Below are positions 28,685 through 54,468 of a stretch of DNA of 64,000 nucleotides, piece by piece. A program made the translations under genes and the position numbers. The notes beneath the pieces were generated by a model. The model saw only the letters and a program-made list of their open reading frames with translations, was not told where the DNA came from and did no database searches. This DNA is from Flaccisagitta enflata (lineage: Eukaryota): positions 29,326,001 through 29,390,000 of the forward strand of contig OZ231126.1 of NCBI GenBank assembly GCA_965153355.1, given 5' to 3'. Position 1 is the stretch's first letter. The number at the start of each line of letters is the position of its first letter.

Positions 28685-29245
28685 ACAAGGTCAACAAACC
28701 TTAGTCGCGTGGTAATAAGGGTAATAAAGGTAATTAAGGTAATTAAGGTAATTAGGGTAATTAAGGTAATTAAGGTTACTAAGGTAATTAATGTAATAAA
28801 GATAATAAAGATAATGAAGATAACTAAGTACTTATATCTTCCCATAATTACCCACATTTACCCACAACTACCTGTAAATACCTATAATTACCTACAATTA
28901 CATTGAATTACCAAAAATTATCTATAATCACCTATAATTACCCATTATTTCCTATATTTCCTACAATTACCTCAATTTATAGTCCGAGACAACTTTTCTG
29001 ACTTATATGATACAGATTACTAAAATACCTATATTTACCTATAATTATCTAAAATTACCTAAAATTACCTATAATTACCAAAAATTACCTATAATCACCT
29101 TTAATCACCTTTAATAACCTTTAATAACCTTTAAAACGATTATAAAACCTATATTTCAAAAAAGTTACGGACAGACCGACAGACCGACAGACCGACCGAC
29201 CGACCGACATAGCGGCTTCTAGAGTCGCGTTCACGCGACTAAAAA
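28685..29245 (-). mobile_element. Family-B-like element with internal ATTACC/GGTAAT repeats (similar element with AATGACTTA repeats at ~33188-33578)
   Basis: End hairpin AGTCGCGT.CACGCGACT, (GACC)n/(GACG)n tract and 9-10-bp tandem repeats. Confidence 0.72.
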
Positions 29246-29745
29246 TAAGAAAAAAACAAAACAAAGATAATTTTAAACTGAATTGTGCAGGGTAAGACCC
29301 CCTTTCAGCCTCTCCCAGCGGCACGAGTTTTTATTCATGTAGTTGCGATCACGCAACTCTATCAGAGGCTTTGTCCGTCCGTCCGTCCGTCCGTCCGTCC
29401 GTCCGTCCGTCATGGTGATCGAGTTGAAAAGTGGGAAAACGAGCTTTTCGATACTTTTTGTGTATGAAAAGTGGAGCAATATCCCTCACTATTGGGGGTG
29501 AGTTGGGGTTTGAATGGGGGTTGGATGCCCCTGCCCAAACGTCCGCAACGACATTGTGACCCTGCGTCACTTGTTATTATGAAAACCGCAGATGTAGGGC
29601 TGCCGATCATGACTTGTTGTCTCCTACTATTCACTCAAAGACAAATTTTCACTCACCTTGACAAATCGTGATCTTCGATCCAAATCGGCAAAAGCAAGAG
29701 AGAGAGAGGATTCTCCCGCTTCCATTTTGTTCCAAAATTTAAAGA

Positions 29746-35644
<5,899 letters not shown>

Positions 35645-35761
35645 ATTCTGCCAATGCAAAAGAATCAGGACAGTCAGTCCATAGTATTAACGCATAAGTA
35701 TGGACTCCATACATATGCGGTAAAAAAAAAAATTGTTTTTAGATGCTTCATCGCATCTCTA

Positions 35762-36531
35762 CACCGTCTTTAGATCGATTTGAAATATGCAAAACCTTTA
35801 TAACTTCTAAACTACAGGGAAAAAAGTCTTCAAATTTTCCGTGAATATTGGTAACTTATGACGGTTTTGTTATGTAAAAGATTAGATATAGGTACTGAAT
35901 AATTGGGGCACAGCATAACACTGAAAAGAACACCCATTTTTTGAGCCACTGAAATTTTTCTCTGGCTTTTTTCAAAGAGCCGTCTTTCTTTGCTTGTTAT
36001 TAGTATTACCAAGCATATTGACCTAAAACCCTAAGATTGGTTTCAAATAATCAATAATTACTTAAAGTTAACACATAAACTGTTGACTTTGAGAAAATTT
36101 CGATATCTGGTTGGATTTTCATCTATTTTGGATGGTTTTTGGGAAAATTGTGAGTGCCAAAGAAGAAAAATCATCATAATTTTCACAAAAATAATGAAAT
36201 CAGTCAAATTTTCAAGCAAAACGAAAGTCTATGAATCATCATCTGTAATCTAAAAGTGTTCTTAGAGTTCCAGTTCCATTCATTTGGAATTTACAGGAAG
36301 AAAATTACAAGCTTCTTAAAAAAAAAAGGTTGGAAAAAATTGATTTTGCTCCAAAATAGGCCATTCTTTCAGTGTTATGCTATTCCCAAGATCTAAAGTA
36401 CTAAGATCTGAGGTTTGACAGAGTAAAACCGTCACACATTAGCAACATTCACTGAAAATTTGGAGACTTTTTGCCCAGAAATGTAGGAGTTATAAAGGTT
36501 TTGCATATTTCAATTCGATCTAAAGACGGTG
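35762..36531. mobile_element. Tc1/mariner-type MITE in the upstream region of the neuropeptide gene
   Basis: ~48-bp TIR CACCGTCTTTAGATCGA.TTGAAATATGCAAAACCTTTATAAC, TA TSD; splits a (CCGT)n-type element. Confidence 0.85.
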
Positions 36532-37037
36532 TATAAGAGGGTCTGTCCGTCCGTCCGTCGGTCCGTCCATACGTACATCCGTTACGCCTCCTCCAATATC
36601 TCGTAGATGCATCGATTTGCCCGCCAGGGCTTGTTTAGTCGCGTGCTACGCGACTCCGCACCCTGCTATGTCGGCCTGTTGGTCCGTCGGTCAGTATGTT
36701 GAGTCGGTCTATTGGTCGATTCAATTTTTTGGCGAAAATGCCCGAGAAACCAGCTCACTACCCCTGCCCAGTGTGGGTGGGCAGGGCCTGCCCACCCATA
36801 CGTGACTGGGATAGCTGTGTATCCGGCCTCGTTTCTCTTAGATTTGAGAAGCATCTTTATGAGGTCTTACGGCTTTCTGAGGAAGTTGGTAAGTTATGGG
36901 GGTCATTTGGGACTAAGCATGTAATTTACAGGGCTAGTAATATTGACCATGCTCTTCCAGAGGGCGCCAAGAAAGATTCTGTGGTCTCTGAGACATGTTA
37001 CTTAAAAACTCATCACTACATTATGCAGATGGATTTG

Positions 37038-37123
<86 letters not shown>

Positions 37124-37262
37124 GAGAGAGAGAGAGAGCAGACAGACAGAGAGAGGGAAAACTAGTCATCAAGGATCGCACATGGTCAGCACAGACAGTC
37201 CACATGGTGTGATGCCCTCTTGGAGTGATCAAGTGGAGTAGTGGAGTGAGAGCAGGGCAGCG

Positions 37263-37599
37263 CACCTAGTAATCTTTGATAGTAAAATGTGAGATTAATA
37301 CCCGAGCAATACCGGAGCATACCCAAGCATACCCAAGAAATACCCTAGCAATACCCTAGCAATACCCAAGCAATACCCAAGCAATACCCGAGCATACCCG
37401 AGCATACCCGAGCGATACCAAAGCAATACCAAAGTAATACCCGGGCATACCCAGGCATACCCAGGCATACCAAGGCATACCCAAGTGATACCCTAGCAAT
37501 AGCCGAGCAATATCCAAGCAATATCCAAGCAATACTCGAGCATACCCAGGCAAACCCGAGTATACCCCGGGTTTTAATCTCAGCTCAGATTACGTGGTG
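37263..37599. mobile_element. Small Transib-like element nested in a repeat
   Basis: Termini CACCtaGTAATCT and (reverse complement) CACCacGTAATCT; 5-bp TSD CAGCG (37258-37262 and 37600-37604); interior of short GCA(A)TACCC repeats; interrupts the host motif agggcagcggccc. Confidence 0.7.
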
Positions 37600-39677
37600 C
37601 AGCGGCCCTGTAGGATACAGGCGTGAATTTTTAAACGTCCTGAGGTGGATTTGAAGTCAGTCAAAAGAGCAGATTTGAGGTTTGGGGGGGCAGGCTTGAG
37701 GCCTGGAGGACAAATTTAGGGCCTGAATAGTTGATTTGAGGCCTGGAGGGCGGAGTTGAGGTCCGGAGGGCTGATTCGAGGTCTTGAGGGCAGGTATGAG
37801 GTCTTGAGAACTGATTTGAGCTCTAAAGGGCTAAATTGATGTCTGAAAGGGCTAATTTGAGGGCTCAGAGGGCCAAAATCAGGCCTGAGACTGCAGAATT
37901 GAGGCTCCAATGGCCAAGGGGGGGACAGAAGGACTGAAGGACAGACGGACGGACGTCTCAAAATTCCCCCTGTGTCCTACAGGACATTGGCCCTTTGAGG
38001 CCGCTGCCCAAAAACTGAAGGAACAAACACCTACAGGTTGCGAAAGGGCAATATGTGGTCAGCGATACCCGTTGCCCTGCTTTGCATAATTGTGAAATGG
38101 AGTGAGAGGAAGCAGGGCAGCGGCCTCAAAGGGGACGATGTCCTATAGAACACAGGGGGACTTTTGTTTGTTTGTTTGTTCATTTGTTTCTCCGTCCATT
38201 CCCCCGAGAACCTCTCAGGCTTGAAATCTGTCCTCTCAGGCCCAAAATTTACCCTCTCAGGCCTGAAATCTGCCCTCTCAGGGCTTGAATCTGCGAGGGC
38301 AGATTTCAGGCCTGTGAGGACAGATTTCAGGCCTGTAAGGACAAATTTCAGGCCTGAGAGGACAGATTTCATGTCTGAGAGAGCAGCTTTCAGGCCTGAG
38401 AGGGCAGATAAAAAGCCTGAGAGGGCAGATTTCTGGCCTGAGAGTATAAATTTCAGGCCTGAGAGGGCAGATTTCAGGTCTGAGAGGGCCTGGGGGGACG
38501 AACGGAGAAACTAACGAAGGAACAAATAAACGAAAGTCCCCCTGTGTTCTAACAGGGTGTCCAATAAATTTGGCAAAATTTTATACAGAACATTGAAAAA
38601 TTATCTTAAACTGATCTTTTCCATCAAAGTAATAGTCAAACATAAAGGTTGGTTAGTAGTGGATATCTAGTATCCAAAAAGCCGCAAAAATCCATATTAA
38701 AAGATCAATACAAGGAAGAAGAGTTTCACCTGAAGTAATCTGGGAAAAAATGGCTTTGATGGACAAACGAAAATGGAGGGTTGATCTTAAACTATTCTAG
38801 CGGACTTGCTTCAATGCCTTGAGCCTATTTTGATTCAGATGAACTGTCCTGCTTTAATGATGTATACCCACCTATTTATTGCCCTATTTTGGATACCAAA
38901 TTTGATGCGAAACATAGCTAAAAAGTAACTATTCTCTGCCATGTTTTATTGGTAAAAATCTCAAAAAATTAGAAACTTTGTCCCAGGCATAATTCGTTTC
39001 CTTTCTAACCAGGGAAACCCGTATGAAAAACCGCGCATTTTAACGTCTAAAAGAACTAATTAGGATGATACATACCAAATTTTAGCTTACTGGGTCGCTT
39101 AGAAGTATGGTTTTAAAGAAATTATGTTTTTGCCCAATTTATTGGATTGTTATTTCAAAACCTCGCATTTAGGCCTTTTTAGTCGCGGTCACGCGACTCT
39201 ACACCTTGCTGTGTCGATCGGTCGGTCCGTCCCGTAACCTTTTTAAGTTGCAAGCGGGTTTTTGCAGTACCGCCCCTGCCCAACCGTCCGGCCTTGTTTT
39301 TCGGCGCAAGGCGACTTTACTGGTATCTGATTAAAAAAAAAATCATCGGATGGAGATAATCAGCTCTAGCGGTGGAATTTATAGAGTGTTCTGTTAATAT
39401 TTTGTTTTTTCTTTTAAAGCTTACCAGATTTAAGTGCGTATCAAACAACTTAAAAAAACATAAACAACAATGACAACATTAGATACCCGCCCTGACTAGA
39501 TAAAAAAAGACAACGAATTTGTTTTCTTTCCTTTCTTCTTTTTATTTTTCCTCCATTACATCTTGGATCTTGTCTTTAAGATAATATTTTTCTCTCCTCA
39601 AAGAAAACGACGTAAAACAAAGAAACCTTTTTACATTTCATTCCGTTTCCATTCAAGAAAGAAAAACAAAAACCCAC

Positions 39678-39947
39678 AGCCGGCGACGGCGCTGGCGTCG
39701 GTGTCAGCGCTGGCGTTGGTGTCAACGCAAGACTCGGCGCTAGCATCGGCGCTGGCGTCGGTGTCAGCGCAAGCGTTGGCGCAAGCATCGGCGCTGGCGT
39801 CGGTGTCAGCGCAAGAGTCGGCGCTGGCATCGGCGCTGGAATCTGCGCTGGCGACGGCGCTAGCGTCATCATCAGCACTGGCATAGGCGCTTACGTAGCT
39901 GCTGGCGTAGAGCCGTTAATGCTGGCATTAGCGCCAGCGTTGGCGAT
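39678..39947. repeat. GC-rich short tandem repeat (GCGCTGGCGTCG-like)
   Basis: 6/12-bp periodic units, directly visible. Confidence 0.85.
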
Positions 39948-40589
39948 AACACATAGATATTTCATATAACTCATACCATACATGATATCATTTATATGAG
40001 TATGACCAACAAACGGATTACCTTACTAAACGGAAAATTGTGAAAGTTTCATTTTGTTTTATTTGTTCAAGCATGAAACGGAATAAATATAGCAAGCACC
40101 TGAAATAGTTTTTTTCATGATCTCTTAGAGAATTTTCCGAAAAATATTTAGGTTTATTCTGTATGAAAGTTGTACAACAACAACATCTGAAATAAGGACA
40201 AGAGCCTTTGGAGCTCTAACTGGTGCTTAATCCGGGCCCATCACATCTATCCTTTAAATTTGATTTTACGAATGTAAAATAACAACAAGGCCGGATACAC
40301 GGCTACCTAAGTCGCGTGCGGATGGGCAGGGGCCATATTTTAGGTCACTAGACCATTTGGGCAGTAGCAGCGAGGCCAAAGAAATAAAATCATAAAAAAA
40401 AGTAGAATGTGACCGACAAAGCGGGTTGTAGAGTCGCGGGCAGGCGACTAAAAATTGTACTTACTTTGAAGATCTCTTTGGATGGAAACTTGATGAGCGC
40501 GGAGCGTCTTTTCCTTTTAAGGCCGTGGACAGCGGAAGATGAGGAAAAGCGGAAGAGGAGGAAGAGTGGGAGACAGACGGAAAGAGTGG

Positions 40590-42192
<1,603 letters not shown>

Positions 42193-42344
42193 TCTCCATC
42201 CTGAGATCACGCATCTTCGCGCCTTTCATGAGGGATTAAATTGATGATGGACTTATTTTCTTTTTTGATCTTCTCGTCTTCATTTTCCCGAAATGAGATT
42301 CACTTCTCTTCGTCAAATCCCAGATTTCTCGACTCACTGCGTCA

Positions 42345-42525
42345 AAACGGGGCACGATGCCCTTTTGGCGATGCCATAGTCCAAACAGGGCACGGTGCCC
42401 TAATTGCGATGCCGTAGTTCAAACAGGGCACCGTGCCCTTATGGCGATGCCATAGTCAAAACAGGGCACGGTGCCCTTATGGCGATGCCATAGTCGAAAT
42501 AGGGCAAGGCGCTCTCATGGCGTTA
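42345..42525. repeat. ~38-bp tandem repeat with double-hairpin units
   Basis: About 4.5 copies of AAACAGGGCACGGTGCCCTTATGGCGATGCCATAGTC. Confidence 0.9.
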
Positions 42526-42621
42526 AAAGAGTCCAAACAAGAAACAGTTTCCCAATCGTGGAGCGCATTAAATTTCGGATTTCTTGATTCATTGATCCTG
42601 CGCCACAGCAAAACACTAATC

Positions 42622-43457
42622 CTTACCAGTAATGGCGGCTGTCGCCGTGAGGAAAAAAGTCGTAAGCATTGGTCACTTTTCACCATCTTCAGTCACTGAA
42701 ATTTTGTTAGATCAAATAAAAAGCAATTGTATGTATTGACTGCACTGAAAATCAGAGAAAAATAGGACTGAGCCATATGAGCTAGATGAGCTAAAATAGT
42801 CAAAATGATTCAACCAGACAACCAGCTTTGCTCACTGACATGCTTTCTTGTATTTGCATGTTTAAATCAAAACATTGATTTATTTATCCTATTTAAAATC
42901 AGAGAAACAGCGCAAGCTAAATGAGCTAAATGAGCTAGAATATTTGAAAACGGCCTCACAGATGATCAGCTCTGCTCACTGACATGTTTTTATATTTGCT
43001 TGCTTCAACAAGTTTGAAAATATTTATTCATTTATCATATTTGATATAGAAAGAACAGACTGAGCTAAGTGAGCTAAATGAACTAAAATGCTCAAAAATG
43101 CCCTCACAGATGAGCAGCTGTGCTAATAAAAATATTTTCTTGTATTTGCATGCTCAAGTAAACATAAATACACTCCTTTATTGATTGAACACAGAATCCT
43201 AAAAAATCGAAAAAAATTTCATTCAAATTTTTCGTAAATAAATCTTTAAAAAATCATAGCGCGAAAAGTATTTGTCGTAGAGCATTCTGCTTGGCGCCAA
43301 ATGAAAGAGAATTATCAAATTTACTTACCCTATCAATTTCATTGGAGGGCTCATTTGCCCCTAGGAGAGCCCCAACCTCCGCATAAGAAAATGAAAACCC
43401 TGTTTCTCTCAAATATGTCAAAAAGTCGAAGACTGACTTCGACTTTTTTCCCGATTA
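42622..43457 (-). mobile_element. Family-C element; inverted copy at 47817-48360
   Basis: Shared ends and interior (the pseudo-ORF MKENYQIYLP... occurs in both, on opposite strands). Confidence 0.78.
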
Positions 43458-43497
43458 ATCATAACGTTCTTTTAATCCCATACTTCTTGACTCACTG

Positions 43498-44079
43498 CAC
43501 TGTACAACCTTGGAAATAAGTTTATCGCATCTCTTAAAGCCTCATATCTCCTTTACCAATAAAAAAATCTTAAAGAAATTGGCGAGGTTCTGAAACATCT
43601 TTAAATTTTCTAGCAGTTGGCGCCAAGCGTTACTGTGCATCTAACCGTTTAGAAATGAGAGCTGAACGAAGTTAGGTACCTCTTTAGAAAAATGGCATAA
43701 AAAATGGCATTTTTGAAACGCGGTTCATGGGAGATTGCGCACCGGCTTATCTGGCTGTTTCAACGAAGCAATGGTATAAAAGGCGCAGTGTCAAAGGTCA
43801 AACACTTATCCAGATTGAATCTCTATGGTCCCAATTGAGGCAATGGCAAAGTCAAGAATGTGCAACATGGCAGGGTTGAAAAAAATCGCGCTAAAGTCTG
43901 GAGGAAGATCACACTATCATACCTTTTGTCGAAGTACGAAAGCATGCAAAGACGCAGGGAAGCGTTTGGAAAGGTCAAGGAGGGCAAGACCAAGCACGGA
44001 CAAGTTGATTGTACTATCTTGTCCATAAAATGCCCCTTAATCAATAATTCGATAAACTTTTTTCCAAGATAGTACAGTG
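43498..44079 (+). mobile_element. Internally deleted Tc1/mariner element with a decayed transposase C-terminus
   Basis: ~30-bp TIR CACTGTAC..CTTGGAAA.AAGTTTATCG with TA at the right flank. Frameshifted peptide DCAPAY..STKQWY..IESLWSQLRQ..KVWRKITLSYLLSKYESMQRRREAFGKVKEGKTKH resembles the Tc1 DDE-domain tail (D-x-A-P; IENLW; SMPRR...KGGxTKY). Confidence 0.78.
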
Positions 44080-45706
44080 TACACAGTGCCTCTGTGACAC
44101 TGACTCAAATTATAAGCAAACGCTGATTCATTGCATTGTGCCAGGAGTCAAAACAATGCTTAATGCCCATTTATTAATCTTTTTGATTCTTATACTGCTT
44201 GACTCACTGCACCTGCATTCAAACAAGTCACAGTGCCCTAATTCTGACGTTAAACAGGTTGTGCAGAGAAATCTGAGCTGGTTCTATATTCTAAATCAAC
44301 TTTGAAAGAGCACTGCTCCTGATCAGATACAGCTACAGGCTAGTATCCAGATTGGACGCGTTTGGAATAGTTTAGGAAACTCTTCAGAATAAGACCAATC
44401 TAGGGTCTGTAGTTCTAAATGTTCAGGAGCATTGCTCCTTCGAAGCATTACCATTGTCCCTAGGCCTTCAAAGCTGATTCAGAATATAGACTATGTAGAT
44501 TATAGAACCAGTGCATAATTCCCTACACTCAGGGTTATTGTATCCTATATTTCTTAAATAACTGCACCTGTATCAAAACTAAGTCACGATACCCAAATCA
44601 GGACGCTTATTGTATCCCTGTTTTCTTGACTCAATGAGCCTGCATCAAACTGAAAAGTTACGCTCATGTCGTCATCATGAAGAATGGATCAAGTGGAATC
44701 AAAATAGATCAAGAGTAACCTTCAGGCTTTATCTACTTCATTTTTTTGCCATCCTAGTAAATACGAACACGCAATTGCATGTTTTCATACTCCCCATGTT
44801 AGCGTTGGACATGCTAAGCCCGTAGAGAGAAAAAACAGTTTTCCAAATGCATAATGCTTTCAATTTATAATCATCAACAAATCTATGCTAATAACGCTAA
44901 CAATTGAAAACAAAGAGATTGGAACGTAAAGGCCATGAGGTTGAGCGATCATTATTCACAGACACATAGAAATTCGGAATGTCAACGGTTGCATACCATA
45001 AACCAATATACTAACTAACAATCTTTGGTCTTTTACAGCATAGCTACAGTGACTGTAGGACATAACGGGTGGTCAAAAAAAAAGTGACTTTTTCATTTTC
45101 TCATATCTTTTGTAAAAAAAATGTAAAGAGTAAAATCTTTTTTTTGCCAACAAGATATGGTGCAGGAGAATTTTTTTCATTATTATGATTTTTATACATT
45201 TTTTGTATATTTCAAATTATTTACAATAAACTGATTTTAATTTTGGACCGCCTTGATTTTTGCTAAAAAATTTTCTGTAAAGAAATTAAATTTTTTTTAT
45301 AGATTCACTATTTAGTGTTAAGAACGACTCAAAAACTGATAAAAAACCTAAGGAAAGTTATATAATACAAACATGTAACAAAACAAAAAATATTTCTGAA
45401 AAACAACCTTTACTTTTCTACTTAAATCTCTTAAACCAAAGCTTGGAGGCTTATAAATAATTGCATTTATTTCAGACGGGACCTAATAAACATATTTGTT
45501 TCTTAAAAACCACTAATTATTTTTGTTAAAACTAATTTATGCAAACATTTCATTTTTTTGTATTTATATAAATATTTGTTTTACAAAATTAAAAAAATAA
45601 GATTTTTTTATACATTTAACTTCACTTATAAAAAAAATTTCAAATTTTTTGGAAAAAATTCTAGCTTAGTCACTTTTTTTTTGACCACCCGTTATTTTCC
45701 TGAATA

Positions 45707-46268
45707 CAGTAGATCTCGTCTAGACTTGAGATAACGGGGGCAAGCACTGTGAAAAGACGAATGAAGCAAGGGGATTGATATTTGGATCATAGACTAATCA
45801 AAGGATGCTTAATTCCCCATGATAGCTGGTTGCCATGGAAACATATTTCCATGTATTCTCGCTAAAATATCAATATTTTGAGAGATTTTTTAGGGAACTT
45901 TGTTTAAAATCAAATTTGCTACAACTTTCCCACAGTGTGTTCTGTAAGAATGTCGCTCGTTTAGCCGTTGCTAGGGAGTGTATCTAAGTGTGACAACCCA
46001 TAGCAACCGCTAAACGAGTGACATTCTTACAGAACATACTGTGGGAAAGTTGTAGCAAATTGAATTTTAAAAAATGTTCCCTCAAAAAATTTCTCAAAAT
46101 ATTGATACTTTAGCGTGAATACATGGAAAAGTGTTTCCATGGCAACCAGCCATCATGGGCAATAAAACATCCCATTATAAGTTTATATTTCAAATATCAC
46201 TCCTTTGGCTTCATTTGTTTTTCTTTAATGCTTGCCCCCGTTATCTCAAGTCTAGACGAGATCTACTG
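45707..46268. mobile_element. Palindromic MITE with TA TSD, adjacent to another TIR element at ~45053-45706
   Basis: ~40-bp TIR CAGTAGATCTCGTCTAGACTTGAGATAACGGGGGCAAGCA; near-perfect internal inverted repeat at ~45820-46156. Confidence 0.88.
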
Positions 46269-46931
46269 TATAATAATAAAAAAAAACTAAAAAATAACAA
46301 AAAGTCATGGACGGATGGGCACCGGGCAGGAGCGGACGACCTCGAACAACGACTTTATGACGGACCAATGACCTGACTGACCAACCAACACTTTGCTTAT
46401 AGAGTTGCGTATCGGCAACTGAAAAATGGAACGCAAAAAAACCAAGGTCGTACACACTTTCCCTGTCGCAGACGGGTGGGTAGGAGCGGAAAACCCCAAT
46501 AAACAGAAATGTGCCGGACCGACCGACAGACCGACACGGCAGGTTTTAGAGTTGCACGTGTCCGCAACTGAAAAATAGAAACCAAAAGGCGGAAAGCGGC
46601 TGGCAGACTTCTCAATGGCTTAGGCTTCGCAAGTTTAACATTGTAAAGCATCCTAAACCGCAATGGAACATGAAACAATCTACAACAGAAAGTAAAAATC
46701 TAGTTTCTCGAAAGAAACAGCCATGACTGATATATTTGCGAGCGGTTGGGGGGGGGAGAGAGGACAGTTATGCGGGAACCGCTCGCAATCAGAATAAGTT
46801 ACATACGAACCGACCGACTCATCGATAGACGCACAGAACGATGTTACATTTAATAAAATAAAAAAAAGTCGCATGCGTGCATAGAGCAGAGTTTGTTAAA
46901 TGGGCAATTGTCATTTCGCCTTTGAACATGA

Positions 46932-52030
<5,099 letters not shown>

Positions 52031-52395
52031 CTGATGAATAACGAAACGTTAATGTGGACTTCCTTTGAAAGTTTTTGTTACCATTGCTCTTATGTTTTTG
52101 TATTTCATCGAGTAGCTTTTCGTGGGGACAGCCCACTAGTCCTCCGCGTGACAGTCCTACGGTTCAATAGTCCTACGTTTCAATAGTCCTACATTTCAGT
52201 AATCCTACATGCCAATAATCCTATGGTTCAATAGTCCTATTAAAGTATAGGTAAATAGTCCTAAGAGTAAACAGTCCTACAGCTCAATGGTCCTATGTTT
52301 CAATAGTCCTAGCAAAAAAGGTCAATAGTCCTACAGAAACAAAAATTACAGTTTGAGAAAGGTCAATAGTCCTACAGAAACAAAAGATACAGTTT

Positions 52396-52471
<76 letters not shown>

Positions 52472-54068
52472 ATTTGAGAATGTCTAATAAAGCGATAACA
52501 CTTTTTGTACAAAATTGTGCACATGGACCTGATTTGCATAGATTACATTTCTAGAAAAAATGAAATCTGTTTTGGGGCGCTTTTTAAGATATCTAAAAAA
52601 ATAGCACTATTTTACTATATTTTTTACCATAACTCTTTGTGATGAATTTTTTTGATAATTTTGACTGCAGATCTCATCTCAGATAATAGTTTCCGGTTCG
52701 TTTGATATGTCACACTATATACTTTTGCAAAAGAAATAAAAAGTTAAATCTTGCTATTTAACATTGTTTTATATAGTAATATGGCCAAAAAATAAGCTTT
52801 TATTTCTTTTGCAAAAGTATAAATAGAGGGAGGTGTAAAGTTGAAACTACCATACTCGGAAAGTTTTCAATTTAGGAGCAACATATAAAATGGGAAAGAC
52901 ATGAAAAGGTATCCATTTATAATGAGAAGGGTCGGCGCATTGCACTTGTTTTTTGGTGGGTTTATCCCTAAAAATGCCTTTTTTCAACATTTATCCCTCT
53001 TTTTTCTAAAATGTTGTCTCATTGGCTTTTGGGTTTATATCTTGCAACTGAGCTATTGCTGTTTATGATGAGATGATTAAAAAAGTTTTTAAAAATTAAA
53101 AAAAAGTTTTGAAAAATTAAAAAAAAGCGTAAATCAGGAGGAAGAGGAGGAAGAGGAGGAGGAAGATGAGGACGACTATGACAATGAACAAACCAAGCGT
53201 TTTTCCTTCATGCTAACCTTTTTGCATTGCTTAAGATTGATTCCCACAGTTTTTTTTGGTCAATAGGGTAGAACTTTGAAATCTTTTTAGCCTCTTTACC
53301 TCTTCACATGTCTTTCAATCTCTATAAGAGGCTATGTCTGTCGATTTGAGGGTCCATAACCCAAAAGTGTGAAATGGCATTTTTGCTCTGTCCATGACGG
53401 TATTGTAACCCTGGAGCAGTTGTTCAATTATCTATTCATTCATTGTTTTTTTAGTTTGTTCATTTACTTTTTAGTCGCGGACAAGCGACTCTATAAGAGG
53501 CTTTGTCCATCCGTCGGTCCATCAGTCGGTCCGTCGGTCGGTCCGTTGGTCCGTCACGCTCGAGTTGAAAATGCGCATTCTCGCCCGTGCCCACCCGTCC
53601 GCGACTGGTTTTGGCCGTGTATCCGGCCTTGTTCATTTATTCATTCATTCATTCTATTCTGGTGGGACTAATGAATGAATTTTGAGACTGGATTTTTAAA
53701 CAAAACAAATAATGTGGCTTTACAATATCATTGTGGATGGGTGGGCAGGGGCGTATAAACCCTTTTTACACCCCCTTCCACTCCCATATACTCAGGCAGG
53801 GTAACGTTGCTCATCTCTACACTTTTTGACTCAATCAATATGGATCAATTGATGGACAAACAGACCAACAGAAAGCCTGACAGATCGATGGACTGACAAA
53901 ACCTGTTATAGAGTCGCAGCTCTGCAACTGTGATATCAATTTCAATTTCTTTCTGATTCATTGACTTGCCTAACTTCGCTTTTCTATGAAACTAAGGAAA
54001 AACAAGGCCGGATACACGGCAATCCAGTTAAGGGGTGGACAGGCAATTTAAATTTTGCTTCTCATATA

Positions 54069-54468
54069 CCACGCGTATCTAGAAAAAAGACGCACTTTTA
54101 AATGGCTGATATTGCTTCTGAATCTTAAGATAAGTAAGTAAAATCTTAGATTGTTTTAAAGCCCTTTAAATGCACATTCATCTGGCGCCAATCTGGTATT
54201 TCTTTTTTTGTTTAGAAATGGCAACAGTTTAAAGGAAAACATTTCCATTTCAGTTTCGCAATCACTAAGTAAAAGATGTATTTTAGCAAAATAGTGCTTG
54301 TTTTGTCAGAGCTCTAGCTCCTAAACAATTTGAGATACAGATCTCGGATTGGTCTAGAATAAAAAAATTTTTGAAAATCTTTAAAAATGTTTTGGCTGAA
54401 AATTGTTTTGGTTTTTATATCTTTTTTATCCATAAATAAATAGGTGCGTATTTTTTTTATCCACGTGG
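54069..54468. mobile_element. MITE, same family as 26529-26938
   Basis: TA-flanked imperfect TIR CCACG.G.AT..AAAAAAA.ACGCAC; interior is the reverse complement of the related copies. Confidence 0.72.

Noticed and set aside
39563-39886. Ala/Ser/Leu-rich antifreeze-like ORF
   Set aside because: Short GC-rich tandem repeat open on both strands, with no splice support.
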